From: the human T2T-CHM13v2.0 reference genome, Homo sapiens | Strand: one strand, 5' to 3' | DNA length: 64,000 bases | NCBI RefSeq assembly: GCF_009914755.1 | Contig: NC_060934.1 | Notes under the pieces: generated by a model | The model's input: the letters and a program-made list of their open reading frames with translations, nothing else | Told to the model about the DNA's origin: nothing | Databases searched by the model: none | Made by a program: the position numbers and the translations under genes | Shown: piece after piece, positions 15,070 to 30,975 of the stretch | How positions within the stretch are numbered: position 1 is the stretch's first letter | Layout of the letters: each line of letters opens with the position of its first letter

Positions 15070-15578
15070 CAGTTGGTCCTTTAACTATCCAGGGATTAGG
15101 GGCACTGACCCCCTACGCTGTCAAAAACCCACATGTAACTTTTGACTTCCCTAAAACTTAACTACTAATAGCCTACTGTTGACTGGAATCCTTAGCTATA
15201 ACAGAAACAGGCTATTAACACATATTTTGTATATGTATATTTTGTATATGTTTTATACACTGTATTCTTTAAGCTAGAACAAAGAAAATGTTATTAAGAA
15301 AATGAAGAGAACATATATTTACTATTCATTAAATGGAAGTAGATCATCATAAAAGTCTTCATCCTCATCATCTTTATGTTAGATAGGCTGAGGAGAAGAA
15401 GGTAGTGGAGGGGTTGGTCCTGCCCCTCAGAGGCAGAAAGGGCAGAAGGGGCAGAAGAGGTGGAGAAGGTGGAAGGGAGGCAGGAGAGGCAGGCACATTC
15501 AGTGTAACTTTTATTTTAAAAATTCAGTGCATAAGTGGACCCATGTAGTTCGAACCCATGTTGTTCAAGGGTCAACTG
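15070..15578. mobile_element. Tigger2-family (TcMar) non-autonomous element
   Basis: TIRs 'cagttggtcctttaac' / 'gttcaagggtcaactg', each flanked by a TA target duplication. Confidence 0.88.
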
Positions 15579-17731
15579 TAATTTTTTTTATCCTTTTGTT
15601 ATTACCCTAACCAGATTGCCGTCCATCACTACTCTCTTACTGACAAAATATTGCTGGATCTTAATATTGTATCCAATCTGAGTACTTCTGTCTTTTGATG
15701 GGTCAATTTATATGTATTGCAATTATGGTTACGTTAGGATTTACTTCTGCCATCTTATTTTACTTTTTTCTCTATTTATTACACTTTCTTTTGTGTATTT
15801 TTTTCTTTTTGTTTCTTGCTTTCCATTGGGTAAACTTTCCACCTGTGAGGAACTTATACATTCTAGTTTTGTTTTCTGGTAGTTGCTCCTAACTTGTTAA
15901 GATCCGTAGTTACATTCTCCCCGTCTATTTCTTCATCTTAACAATACTTACATCTTTCACTGAACAAAAAAAGTGCCTGTCCCCACCTGGCTCTATCCTC
16001 ACCTTCTTCTCCTAGCCCATCATCCTAGGTTCATTATGTTGCAAATTTTATTTTGGGTTGTTATGCACATCAACAATGGTAGTTCTGAGGACAAACATCA
16101 ATCAATCTTTCTTCTGGAGGCAGATGACTTCAAAGACGTTTCTTTGGGGTCTTCCTTCTTCACCCAAGTAAATTTGAAAGATGTATGCTAGAGAGTGGGC
16201 TGCTTTCTCCTGGTAGAGTATAGTATAGCTGTTGACTCACAGGCACTTAACAAAAATAAACCTTACCACATGAATAAACATCAAATCATCACAAACAACA
16301 CTTTAGCCCTGGAAACCTGGTGGGTGAGAAGGGAATGTTTCACCATTCCCAGGAGACAAGCAATCTCACTTCATTGCTGGATGATAGCCCAGGGTGCTGC
16401 CCCACGTCCCAAACCACACTCTTCTAAACAGCAGGGTACCTATGTTTATGAAGGGTTGTAAGTGAAAGGTACACATTAAGCAAATATGCATAAGCCAAGA
16501 CATGCCCATAGTGATAATTTCACACACATATACTGCAGTACAAACATACCTCAGTGGTAGTTATATGTGTTTCTACACACAAACACACACTCATATACAC
16601 ACATACTGTCTCTAAACGATACTTTAGTTTGACAATACAGTACTTAAACTCCCCTAGACTCATTTTTTTTTAACATAAGTTCCATATTATCATAAGCACT
16701 GGGATTCAATAGCAGGCAAAAGCTATTAAGCCCAAGGAGAACCAAAACCTAAAACACCTAAATAACCCTTTTACTGAGCTCCCACTAACAGAGCTTCCTA
16801 TCAGCCAGCGTTTTAGCCCGGTCCCTTCCTTCCATGTGCTCTTTAAAATCTGTCTTTGTCTCATAACTGGAGTTTCCCCAGGCTTCATAAGTCTTTGGAT
16901 ATAAATGAGATTATATTAAATTAATGCCCAGATTCTGCTGACTCTTAAACTTCACCTGCTTCTCTGCAAGAAATCAGCCCTCTGCCTTGGTTTTCTGCAG
17001 TTATTTCCAAGAGACCACAGGAGCATGTCACCTACCTCCTCATTCCAGCCTTCCTACTTCTCCCTAAGGAAGGCACATCTGTCATGCCTTCCCCTTCACT
17101 GCCAGGGTGATGTCACACCCACTCTGAGGGATCTAATTGCATATCTACAGAGGGAGGAGGAGGTGACTCTTCTTCTGCAGTCTACAGTGGTCCATCACCA
17201 TCAAAGCACCTAAGCCACACTACTGATGTTCAGAATCTTACAAGTGCTTTGTTGAAACAGCTCCTTCAGCTCTTCGTTTGCAGCTTTCTCTCTCACCAGG
17301 GCTCAGACCTCATGGTCCATGGAGGCAGGCTGGGAAGGAGGGGGTGGGTCACTACCATCTCCAACCTTCCTCCCAAAGACACACGTAGAGAAACCTTCAC
17401 ACCAAACTCCGATTCCACCACTTTCTCCAATGGGGATAAATATTAAGACATTATATTTAGCCATGGGATATTAAGTCATGACACAGTTGTAAACCCAAAC
17501 AAACCCCAAATCTTGGTTTAGACTTGGTTGAAACATCTGCTATGCTGATGACTCCTTTTGTAACTTTTCTCTCCCTGAAAAAATTCTGGATGTTTTGAGA
17601 TGCCCATTTTATTCCACAAATATTTTTGAGGTCTTGTCATGAAGGCAGGATGGCATCCGATGAATTATTTATATATTGATTCTTCCATAACAGCTTAGTC
17701 ATGATAGTACCATGTTTTGTAATTTCAAAGC

Positions 17732-18127
17732 TGTGACGGTTATTAGGGCTGTTCACAAGAACCCTGAGTCACCTCCTTCCAGGTACATGGTGAGATTGTT
17801 TTTTCATGGTCTCTTGAAGTTAGGCATAGCCTTGTGGCTTGGTTTGACCAATGAAAAGTGTGCAGTCTGATGACTGTCCCTTCCAGAAAGATATAATCAT
17901 GAGTGTAAGATACTGCAGCACTCACTTTTCTCTGCTATAAAGATTGTTGAATAACATGAAAGACAAAGCCTCCAACAGCCTGGGTTTCTGAATATCTGTA
18001 AGGAGCAGAATCATCTGTGACCCTCATAGGACATGTAGCCTGAATGAGAAATCTTAGATATTTTAAGTCACTAAAATGTGGTGGATGTTTGTTAACATGC
18101 ATAACCTTATCCCTCCTGACTAACACA
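17732..18127 (+). mobile_element. MLT1 (I/J-like) MaLR solo LTR
   Basis: 'gtggcttggtttgaccaatgaaa', 'ttaagtcactaaaatgtggtggatgtttgttaac...ctgactaacaca'. Confidence 0.75.
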
Positions 18128-18455
18128 AAGGGAGAAGCATGCTAGAAATGTCTTTAGGATTGAAAATTCAGGGCCATTGCCTTGCACAATTTCAGGTGGC
18201 ACCATTCATGCTGTATCCTATGAATTGCATGCATGAAAACACAACCATTCATTCTGTGTTCTATGTCCCTGGAATTGGGCAGTACTTTGAAACTAAATAA
18301 ATATATATATTTCCTGAGTTTTCTGTCAAGTTTAACTCATGAATGGGGGCATTCCCCAGTTTTGTGCCTGGGGAAGAAATATTCTATTTTAACATACATG
18401 TAACTTTTAGATCTTTCTTTGCAGTGTCATCTCAGTACCACGATTTACTGTAAGG

Positions 18456-18625
18456 CAGTAGTTCTCAACCAGAGGCTAGAGATGGGAGAATCTTGCCCCC
18501 CAGGAGATATTTGGAAACGTCTTGGGGCACTTTTGTCCCATCTGAAGGCAGGGGGCACTAATGGTATGTAGCACATAGAGGTCAGTGATGCAGTGAACAG
18601 CAGCCCCCACTTCCCAGGTAGACAT
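18456..18625. mobile_element. MER20-like hAT-Charlie element
   Basis: 'cagtagttctcaacc...ttgccccccaggagatatttggaaacgtct'. Confidence 0.7.
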
Positions 18626-18697
18626 TTCTCCTTTGTACTGGCCAAATGCCCTCCTTCATTGAGAACAGAAAGGAGAAAATGTTTTGATGGTCTAAAG

Positions 18698-19037
18698 CGG
18701 AAGTCCCCAACCTTTTTGGCCCCAGTGACTGGTTTCATGGAAGACTATTTTTCCACAGATCAGGAGGGTGGGGAGATGGTTTCAGGATGAAACTGTTCCA
18801 CCTTAGATCAACAGGTATTAAATTCTCATAAGGAGTGTGCAACCTAGATCCCTCCCATGCACAGTTCACAGTAGGGCTCGCGCTCCTATGAGAATTTAAT
18901 GCTGCCACTGATCTGATAGGAGGCGGAGCTCAGGTGGTAATGCTCACCTACCTGCCATTCACCTCCTGCTGTGCCGCCCAGTTCCTCACAGACCACGGAC
19001 CAGTACTGGTCTGTGACTCAGGGGTGGGGGACCCCTG
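18698..19037 (-). mobile_element. MER1B hAT-Charlie element
   Basis: Termini 'cggaagtccccaacc'/'ggggacccctg'; perfect 8-bp TSD GTCTAAAG (18690-18697, 19038-19045). Confidence 0.9.
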
Positions 19038-19045
19038 GTCTAAAG

Positions 19046-20010
<965 letters not shown>

Positions 20011-20729
20011 ACGATGATATGAGGGATATAGGAGAACTATAAAGAATCTTCCAGCAGTTACAAAGGTCAAAAGGGAAATTGCTCATAAAGAGACATTACA
20101 GAAGTATACAATGAGTTGGAGAAATGATCAACTCATCAGGTTTGACTCTCAGGAGTCCTGAGGACAAAAGAATAACCTTGTGTTTGAACAATAAATTTTT
20201 GAACACATATTACAGGTAACATGCTGAGAAATGACTCATATGTGAGTCACAGTAAGATTGTAATCTACTCGCAAACTTACATGATATGATTGAACAAGAC
20301 TGAATAGTGTCTGATAAAACAATGTGAGCAGTGGTTTCCAAACTGTGTTCTGTTGAACCTGTGACCCACCGAAGTCTGGTCTAGGTCTGCTTAAACATAT
20401 TTTAACTATTTTTACTACTGTAATAAAAAGCAGCACCATCTCACAACTGTCTCCTGTAACCTAACACACAGGAGATCGATAACACACACATTTATATTTG
20501 GTTCTAAGAACTAAGCTTCTCCTGCCATCCCTGAATGCAGGTTGGAATTTATAAAGGGGCATTAAGCAGGAGGGATGACACCTCATGCTCATCTTTTTAC
20601 AAACACCCACCTCTGTGTGTGCTCTTTAGATATAGTTGTGCAAATGAAGATTCCACACAACGTTGGACAAATTGCCTTCTCTCACACCAGCTACATCAGT
20701 GATGAAAACTGGAAAAAGAAATTAAAGTT

Positions 20730-21031
<302 letters not shown>

Positions 21032-21477
21032 TTAGAATTGTTGGGAGAATTAACCTAATGGACACAAAGTCCTTAACATGCTGCCTGGCCCATAGTGATG
21101 CCCAATAAATGTTAGTTTCCTCTTTTAATTTCATTACGCCATTTTTAGCCTGTTCTACTTGCCAACCTTGCAAGAGGTAAGAGGTCTCATGTTTCAAAAG
21201 CAAATCATGCTTATTCACATTTCCATACTCATACCTCCCTCTACGTGGAGCACCCTTCTTTCAAGATCCTTACAGATGAGGTCATCTCCTTCCACAAACC
21301 TGTCCTTTCCAACACCCCTAGACAGGGGCAGTCTCTCTCCGCCCATGTCCCTACAGTGCTGGGACCACACTTCTCATATAGTCCTCATTAAACCATAAGT
21401 AGTTGTCCGTATTTTTTTTCACTAATATATTGGGGTAAAATTGATATAAAATAAAACCACTTAAAATGTACAATTTA

Positions 21478-21800
<323 letters not shown>

Positions 21801-22436
21801 TCACAATGTTGTGCATGTATTATCGTTAATTCTAAGAATTTTCATCACTTCGAAAGGAAATTCCGTAGCCATTAAGCAGCCACTCCCCATTCCCACCTGC
21901 CCCCAGTTCTGGCAACCACAAATCTTTCTGTCTCTATGGATGTACCAATTTTTGATATTTCATGTAAATTGAATCATTCAATATGTAACCCTTAGTGTCT
22001 GGCTTCTTTCACCTAACATAGTATTTTCAAGGTTCATCCATGTCATAGCATGTATCAGCACTTTGTTCCTTTTTATGGCTGAATACTATTCCATTGTATG
22101 GGTATGCCACATTTTTATTCATTTGTTGATAGACATTTGAGATGTCCACATCTTTTGGCTATTGTAAATAGGTCTGCTGTAAACATTCATGTATTTCTTT
22201 AATGGCTGTTTTCAGTTCTTTAGGGTATATACTTAGGAGTAGAATTGCTGGATCATAGGCTAATTCTATGATTAAATGTTTGAGGAAACTCCAAACTGTC
22301 TCCATAGTGGCTGCACTATTTTACATTCCCAGCAGTAGTGTGTGAGGGTTCCAATTCTCCATATCCTCACCAACACTTTTTTTCTTTTATTATTATTATT
22401 ATTATTATTATTGCCATCCTAGTGGATATGAAGTAG

Positions 22437-22737
<301 letters not shown>

Positions 22738-23484
22738 TCACTGTGATTTTGATTTACTTTTTGTCAGTGGCTAAAGATGTTGAGCATCTTTTCATGGGCT
22801 TGTTGGCCATTTGTATAACATTGGAACATGTTGGTTATTGAGCTTTATACCCTCTGTGCCCTCGAGGCTGTGAGCTCAATGACAGTGGAGGACGCCGCTC
22901 CTTCTCCTTTGTGTCTTCAGTGCAAAGGGCAACTGACATCGTAGGGGAAAAAATACCCAAAACCTCTTCTCTTAAAAATGAGCCGAATGAAGTAAAGAAT
23001 AGCCCAAGAGATTCTGCCAAAGGTAGAAGCTGTGAGAATCAGGGTGGAGAGGACACCAACCAGGTGGAATGGGCACACCAATGAGGTGGGACATCAACTG
23101 GGACTTGAGGGATGAGCAGATTTTGATCTAGATCCCCAATTCCTCCTTTCATCTCCATTAATTCATTTGTTCATCAATGCAATAAACAGATCCTGAGTGA
23201 TTACGTCGTGCTGGGAGGCAGGAGCTTTGGCGGGCTCCTGCGTGTTTGAGATACAGGGAATATCTGACATTGAGGCCTCACACCTGCCTCAGGTCCGCCC
23301 CCATCTGTGGCAAGCACCCTCCCAGTGCCCCATACCTGTAGCTGCTCCTAACCTGGTGTTTCGCTCTCCATCACAAGCTGATGGACCTATAATATGTGGA
23401 AATGAAAATAAGATAAGGGTTCAAAGTGCTTTATTGGTTTACGTGACTGAAAACAACATCATATTTAAACTTCACGCAGATTTA

Positions 23485-23515
<31 letters not shown>

Positions 23516-23739
23516 GGTTACAATCTGTTTCCCATCATCTTCCCATCACTCCCCAAGGGCTGGAGTTGACACATTTGCCCTGGCTATTTTCTTTGATTAT
23601 TCAATTAAATAATCCCAGGGATTTTCAAAAATGTTGAAATTCTTATTTCCTAATTCCTAATTCTATAATTACAGTGCTCAGAGATGATCTTCTGCTCAAT
23701 GATATCATGAAGAAAAGTTATCATACATATCTGCACACA

Positions 23740-24274
<535 letters not shown>

Positions 24275-24667
24275 TGATTTTTGGAAGCCAGTTTCTTGGC
24301 AAGTGATCCAAACAAAATTTCAAACCCAAGCCATACCCTTGATGAAACGACTGTTTTTCCCAAAATAGTCCATGGGCAAACTGTTACATGTTGTGCTCAA
24401 TGACCAGGGACACAGCTGGCAAAAAGCACCATATAAAGTTTTTCTATTTGCTGAGATGGTTTCGTGCTTGATCCTCACAGATCGCTCTTAATAATTTAGT
24501 CACGCACTCCTCTGCAGTATATTGCTTCCACAATGCTAATTTAAACCATGTCAGTGTGCTTGCAATATGACTGACAATAGCCAAAATGTAAGAAAAGGAA
24601 TCGTTTCTTCAAATTAAATGTGTACTATTCATCTGTGAACATCATGCTTGAGATGCTAGTTAGAATT

Positions 24668-24864
24668 CTCTCTCCCTCCTTGTCCCCCTTTCTCTCTCCT
24701 TCTCTCTCCCTCTTTTCCCTCTCCCCCTCCCCTCACTTCCTCTCCCTGTTTCTTCTCACCCTCTTTCTTTTCCTCCATCCATTTTCTCTCCCTCCCTTCC
24801 TCCTCCTCCTCCTTCTTCTCTCTCTCACACACACACATACACACACACACACACATACACACAC
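24668..24864. repeat. Polypyrimidine (CT-rich) tract followed by (CA)n
   Basis: Directly visible. Confidence 0.92.
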
Positions 24865-25359
24865 AAAAAATGCTCCCTGGAGAATTTCCAAGCATCTAAC
24901 ATACACTTTACTGAAACAGGCTGGACTGGACCACACACACAATAGCAAATTGCCTAAATAAGTCAGATGCATAAGCAACAGCCACTCAAGTGCAGAGAAT
25001 GTTTAAACTTTAGGGAAAAAACAATAAATTAAAGCACAGCCTTTCTTCTAAAGTGATTCCTTATTGAGACTTCTGCTCTGAATTAGGAGGTCGTGTCAGA
25101 GTGGTGTGCAGCATATCGGGGGCCCACCCTGAACTCACTCTTTCTCCAGGACAAGTCAAGTGGCCCATGGAGAGGGCCAGCCCTGAGAAACAGAGTCCAC
25201 ACTCAGCAAGAGGAAGAAGGACTAAAGCCGGGGCTAGACTGTCTTGCAGTTTACTAAGATCATCTTTAAATCTTTCAGAAAGACAAGCCGTTGAGGTTTA
25301 AGGTCATTCTTCATGTAGGTTTTCAAAGCTGGCCTGCCCTGTTTGCCTTACCTGCTAGC

Positions 25360-26332
25360 AACAGACATCAAACACAGCCAGAGTTTTGAAAATACAAATA
25401 GATGTGTCACCCCACCCCCCACCACCATTCTTCCCATTGCAAAACCCAAACTCCAGATTGTGACCTACAAGACCTGAGCACCGTGACCATATGACCAGGC
25501 ACCTGCCTACCTCTCCAAGCCTCCTCTTGCTCAGTCCCATCCAGTCATACTTGATTCTTCTTGTTTCATCCACTCCTTCAAGTCTGTTCCTGCCATAGGA
25601 CCTTCTCCCAACTGAGTCCTCTGCTTGGAACTAGTCCTCAAGATCATCACAGGGCTGATTCTTTCTCTTTGTTCAGGTGTTAGTTCGAATGCCACCTACT
25701 CTGAGGGCTTCCCAAGCCTTCTGAAATACACTAGATTATGGGTCACAATTCTTTGTTCCCCAGTAAGACATCCACATCCTTGCCAGATATCTTTGCAGTG
25801 CCTGTCCCCTTGAGCAGAGCAGCTTCTTCTCTCTGTTAATGTCAGTCATGTGATTTGCTTTGGCCAGAGGAACATGGGCGTAAGGGACACTGGGCCTCAG
25901 CTCAGGTCTGAGCTGAGGTCCTAAGAGCTGTTAATGGTTCTACTCAACCACTTACTCTGCTGACAACCACAGTGAGAAGTACAGGCTCACATACTTGCCA
26001 GTCACAATTTGTCTAAGGTGAATGAGGAGCCCATAAATAAACAAGAAGCCCTCAAAAAAATCCTTGCTGCCACAAGCCACTGAGCTTTTAATGTCACTTG
26101 TCACATAGCAAAAACGCTAACATACTATGCAATTGTAAGTAACCCTCCTCAGGCTCTATTATATCACTCTGTTTTGTTTTCATTGTAACATTTACATGCC
26201 TAACATGTCTTCTGATTTGTCTGTTGCTCATTTCCTTCTATAAGTTTCATGGGGGCACTGTATTCCCAGCACCTAAAACAGTGCCTGGCTCACAATAGAC
26301 ATTCAGTCAATGTTTGTTTAATGAATGAATGA
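25360..26332 (+). mobile_element. L2 fragment interrupted by an MLT1 LTR
   Basis: Ends 'cacctaaaacagtgcctggctcacaatagacattcagtcaatgtttgtttaatgaatgaatga'. Confidence 0.75.
25738..26125 (+). mobile_element. MLT1 (G/H-like) solo LTR
   Basis: 'gtcatgtgatttgctttggccagaggaacatgggc', 'aagccactgagc...cacatagcaaaaacgctaacatac'. Confidence 0.65.
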
Positions 26333-26570
26333 GATCCCAAGTCTTAATCATGGAAGGATTTGTATGTTTTCCAATCTGAAGACCCAATTCTGTGAGACAG
26401 GAAACAAAAGCACTTTTTTTAGTTAAAAATTCAACAAATATTGTAATATCAATATCTGAGATAAACCTTATCAGAACTCTGATATTCCCAAGAAATTAAT
26501 AAATGACTGGCTGCGTTTCATAATGCAAAAATACCAACTTGTCTTACTGTGACACAAGGGCTAAAATGAC

Positions 26571-26784
26571 CATGATGGTGATGATGAAGGAGTGGTGATG
26601 ATGATGATGATGATATGATGATGGTGGTGATGAGGATGATGATGATAGTGGTGGTGGGAGTGCCAGTGGTAGTAATGACAAGGAGGAGGAGGATGATGAT
26701 GATGATAGTGATGGTGTCAGTGGTAGTGATTATGATGATGAGATACTGGTGAAGGTGCCCATGGTTGTGATGATGGTGGTGGTA
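26571..26784. repeat. Degenerate (GAT/GGT)n trinucleotide low-complexity tract
   Basis: Directly visible. Confidence 0.92.
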
Positions 26785-26899
26785 GTTCAGACCAGTTACC
26801 CCTACTGAGTTATCTGGGATTGAGTCTACCACACCATCCAAAACATGCAGAGGAAATTAGCAACTCCTGACTGCCCCCAATAAGGAGACCTCTACTCAA

Positions 26900-27760
26900 T
26901 CTACAAGGCCAACTACTATACTGGCAGTGGGGGCAAAAGTAGGCAGGGTTCTTGTTCCCACAGAGGTCACAGGCTAGTGGAAGAGGGAGATTAATAATCA
27001 CATACATAAAATTTCTCAGTTGTAACTTTAAGAGGAACTACCAAGTGGCAGTGCAATGTTATGAGAGTCTGTAAGAGAGGATTCAGCCCAGCCAGGAAAG
27101 GCATGCCTGGGCAGTAATAAGGAATTAGAACTACAAGATGAGTATGACTCACCCAAGCGAATGAGGAGTCTAGACAGGGGGAACGGGGTGCATGGAGCCT
27201 GTGGTGTAGAAAAGAAGATCAGCTTGGCTAGAATTGAGAGGGCATGGGAAGAGTGGTTTAAGACAAGGCTACAGAGGCTAGAAGTGGCCAGACTCAACAG
27301 GGCCCAGTAGACCAAGTCAATAAATTCCATGTTTGTTCTAAATAAGAAACAATTGGAGAGTTTTAAGCCGTGGAGTCACATGATCAAATCTGTCCTCTGG
27401 AAGAACCACTCTGGCTGCTGTGTGGTGGATGGGAACAGAAGGAAGATTGTTCCCAGAGCAGCTTGGACCAGGGTAGTAGTGGGGGAGAGAGAGAGAGAGA
27501 ATCACACACATGCCAGAGCTCTTTAGGAGCTAAAATGGTGCTGGATTCAATATGAGGGATAGATAAAAAAGAGAAAGGTGTCAACGGTGAATTCCTCATC
27601 TCCTGGCTTATGTAATGAGATGAATAGTGGTGATATTCACTGAGATAGAAGACACTAGATGAATAACAGGTTTGGGGAGTGAAAAATCTGTTTGGACAAG
27701 TTGAGTGAGTTTCCTTCAAGAGATCAAAGAGACAATATCAAGTAGATGATCAGATATTCA
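26900..27760 (-). mobile_element. L2 relic
   Basis: 'ggagagttttaagccgtggagtcacatgatc', 'gatattcactgagatagaagacact'. Confidence 0.7.
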
Positions 27761-28429
27761 GGCAAAGGGCAAACTCTGATGGAACGAAGTTAAGTTTGTG
27801 ACTCCCCTGCTCAGAGGAGGTAACAGCAGCTGTGGCTATGAATGACATGCTACAAGAAAGAAGAGGGAGTAAGGAGACAAAAAGAGTCTGGCACAGCCTT
27901 TCAAAACTTGACATCTCCTGGCCAGGGAGTAGATTAAACTCACAAGAGCCAGGGGAGACCAGGCAGATGGCAAGGAGGGAACCCAGAGAGAGTCTGAGCC
28001 TAGAATCCTAAGGGCACCCAGCCCAATCCCCAAATCCACCCTTCACATTGGAGAATCCTCTTCACTTGTTTTATGTTGTGAAAAAAAAATTACTAATAAT
28101 AACTCTTTCAAGAGTAGTAACAGCTCTGAATGAGGCAAGTTTCTTAAGACCAGGACCAACCTGCTGTTAGATGAAGTTCAGGGAAAGGTTCCCTGAATCA
28201 AAAAGTCCTTCTCACCTACCACAGGATGCTTAAAGTGTCCACAATGCCCAAGAAAGGTAAGGCATTGATTCAACTCACATGGGGGGCATCGAGTTCCAAG
28301 ATTAGATCCCACCCTGTAGTTAACAAACCCATCAAATCAAACTGCAGTTATTAAGGACTGTAAAGTACTCTTCCAGGGGCCTGGGTGTAAGGAGAAGAGT
28401 AGATGGAGGTGGGAAGGACACTAAGAGAA

Positions 28430-28630
28430 AGACAGTGGGTGGAATAAGCAGGATTTAGACCATGAAGACCACATTCAAGTCCTGTCCTAGCCACTTGATA
28501 TCTACGCAGCTCCAACAGTCATTTAACTACTCTTCAGAGCCGCACGGTCTCCGTCTATAAAACAGGATAAATAATGTTTTTTCAGAGGGTTGGCATGAGT
28601 ATCAGAGTATTGGTCATAAATGTGCCCTGG
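28430..28630 (+). mobile_element. MIR
   Basis: 'attcaagtcctgtcctagccactt...ccgtctataaaacaggata'. Confidence 0.6.
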
Positions 28631-28939
28631 AAACCATGAAGGCTACAACAGAAGTCAGTCACTGTGATTGTTTTCAAGTTGTGGGGCAAGGGCAATGCTT
28701 GGACTTCAGGCTGGGAACAGAAAATCAGTGCAAACTGACTCCTCCGTCCCAGTCATGTTAGTGACTACATAATTCCAGAGAAACACTGAAGCCCTATGTC
28801 AGCATATGTAGTGTAGAATACAGCATCAAGCAGATACCCCCCGGATGGTCTAGGCATTAATTCTCAAATCTCTAAGTCATCCAAACAAGGTAGATAATTT
28901 ATTACTCTACTTCATGGAGAGTAAAACCATCAATGAAGT

Positions 28940-29465
28940 AATATTGGGAAAGAATAAGGACTGTGGAACCAGGAAGACAGGTTTTGATTTCCAGTTCTGC
29001 CTCTTACGTGCTCTGTGACCTTGAGCAAATCATTTAACTTCTCTGATCCTTAGTGTCCTTAAAAGTAAAATGGGGACAACTAAGTAGGTCAACTAGCTCC
29101 TTCCCACTCACTATTTATCTATTGCTCTGTGTCTTTTCCCCATAGCACTTATCACTACCTAAAGTTATCTTATTCATAATGCTTTCATTAATTGACTATC
29201 ACTTCCAAGTAGACCGTAAGCTCCACAAATGCAGGGAAAGCCTCATCTGTCCTGTTCACAGATAGATATCCAGGGCCGGATACATAGTAGAAATGCAATC
29301 AGTATTTGTGGGATGAATGAATAAATCCCATTGAAGGCATTAATCCTATTTTACAGCTGGAATCTGAGGCTCAGAGAAATGAAAGACTTGCTTAAGATCA
29401 TGCTTGGTAGAAGGTGGAGAGGAGATTCAAGCCAAGGTCTGTTTAATTCTCAAGCCCACAATAAC
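28940..29465. mobile_element. MIR(+) / L2(+) / MIR(-) cluster
   Basis: 'ctgtgaccttgagcaaatcatttaacttctctg'; L2 end 'gatgaatgaat'; 'ctgaggctcagagaaatgaaagacttgcttaagatca'. Confidence 0.7.
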
Positions 29466-29519
29466 TCCAGGACTCCACTCGGTCTTCCAAGAGGAATGTG
29501 GAGCCTGCATGTCTGGGAA

Positions 29520-30540
29520 AAGCCCAGCATCCCTTGGAACAGGGAAAAAAAAAAAAAAAATCCACGCTCCCATGTGGCCCATAAGATCCTGCCTGCCTTA
29601 GCCCCACCTCCTCCTCCAATCTCATCTCACACCAAGTTCCTTGTTCATTAAATTCAAGCTACTTCAAATATACAAAGTGTGTTCCCACCCCAGGGCCTTT
29701 GCACTTGTTCTTTGCTAAGCCTGGACCACGCTTCCCCCAGATCTTCCCCAAGCAGTGTTTTCTTACCATTAGAATCTCAGTTCATAGCAGGCGGGTGGGA
29801 GGCAGTAGGGAAAAGGCACTCCTTGACAGCATCAGCTACGGAAGCCTCTCATCTCCACCTTCCCCCGCCAACGCCCCAAGTCATTCTCTAGTTTGCCTAC
29901 CTGTTTAAATTTCAGTGTTTATCAATACCTAAACACATCGTGTTTGTTTTCACATGCTGTCGTCTGCATCCTTCTACCTCACTAGTAAAGGTTTCATGAG
30001 ACCAAGAATCTGTAGCCTTGACATCAACACCTGGCAAGTAAATAGCACCCATTGATTTATTGCACAAATGATATTATCCCTACGACAATTATTCAGACCA
30101 ATTTCTGCTCTCGAGTTAAAAGAAGGAAAAGTCCTCTTCCCAGAAGCAGTCACTTCGTGTTGAAATTATGATGAATTGATTTAAAAGGTTGTTACAAGGA
30201 CTCAAATGAAATAACATTACATTTTTATTCAAAATCCAGACTAGGGTAACATCTTTCAATGCTGTTTTTAAGTATTTATTGCATATCGAATATGTCCTAG
30301 AACCACGGTTATGACAACGAAAAGAAAGTTCCTGACTTCACTGAACTTAGAGTCAAAGACAGACGTGTAAACATGAAATTCCAAGAAGGCGTGGCAAACA
30401 CCTTGTAGTAGGCTCTACGTGCAGAGCCAACTAATCTCTCACAGGAATCAGGGAAGGTGGGGGTGGGAGATGACATTTCAGTCGAGAACTCAAGGAAGAG
30501 GCAGGAGAAAGTACTTCAAGCACGAGGGACACAGGTATGA
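29520..30540. mobile_element. L2 relics (+ strand ~29520-30070; - strand ~30270-30540)
   Basis: 'cagggcctttgcacttgttc'; 'aagtatttattgcatatcgaatatgtcctag'. Confidence 0.6.
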
Positions 30541-30729
30541 AGGTGACAAATACAAATGAATTCAGGGACCCAGGGAGCATTGCAAATGAACCTGGCCACC
30601 AGATATTGGCATATGAAACACAGCACGCTCCACATTTTGTTAAGCATATGCTCATTTGGGTAATTTTCTATATTTCCACTTTTGGTAAAGAAAGAGAAAT
30701 ATTTCTCTAAGAAAAACAAGAGTTATGAT

Positions 30730-30975
30730 AAATTACAAACTGACAGCCTCAGAGTCAGGGAGACAATAGGGAGTGGTGGAAATGGTGGATTCAGAAAGAG
30801 CACAGGCCCTGGCTAGACCCAGTGTCGCTAGATCTTTTGATATTTCAAGGGAAGCTAGAAACCCAGATTTTTACTTTTAAAATTGCTTTTTTAAGCTGAC
30901 TCATAAAATATTTAAATGGTATATAAGCCAAGCAAAACACAGAAGGCAAGGATCGGGCTTATGGGTCCATAAAAC
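30730..30975. mobile_element. MER103-like hAT-Charlie element
   Basis: 'gctagatcttttgatatttcaagggaagctagaaacccagattttt'. Confidence 0.55.

Larger units (their letters stand above)
11250..15900 (-). mobile_element. Long, old L1M (L1ME-type) relic interrupted by an Alu and a Tigger MITE
   Basis: T-rich antisense L1 motifs ('tatatggtgtaaggtagggctctaag', 'gttgaaccatctttgc', 'tataaaaccactggatctggggcttt'); the minus ORF at 13551-13772 resembles degenerate ORF2p (MEEYYEKL...LEKFNKPINNNEIK...KAPDP). Confidence 0.85.

Noticed and set aside
26518-26841. Poly-His/Ile/Thr ORF
   Set aside because: Translation of a (GAT/GGT)n low-complexity repeat.
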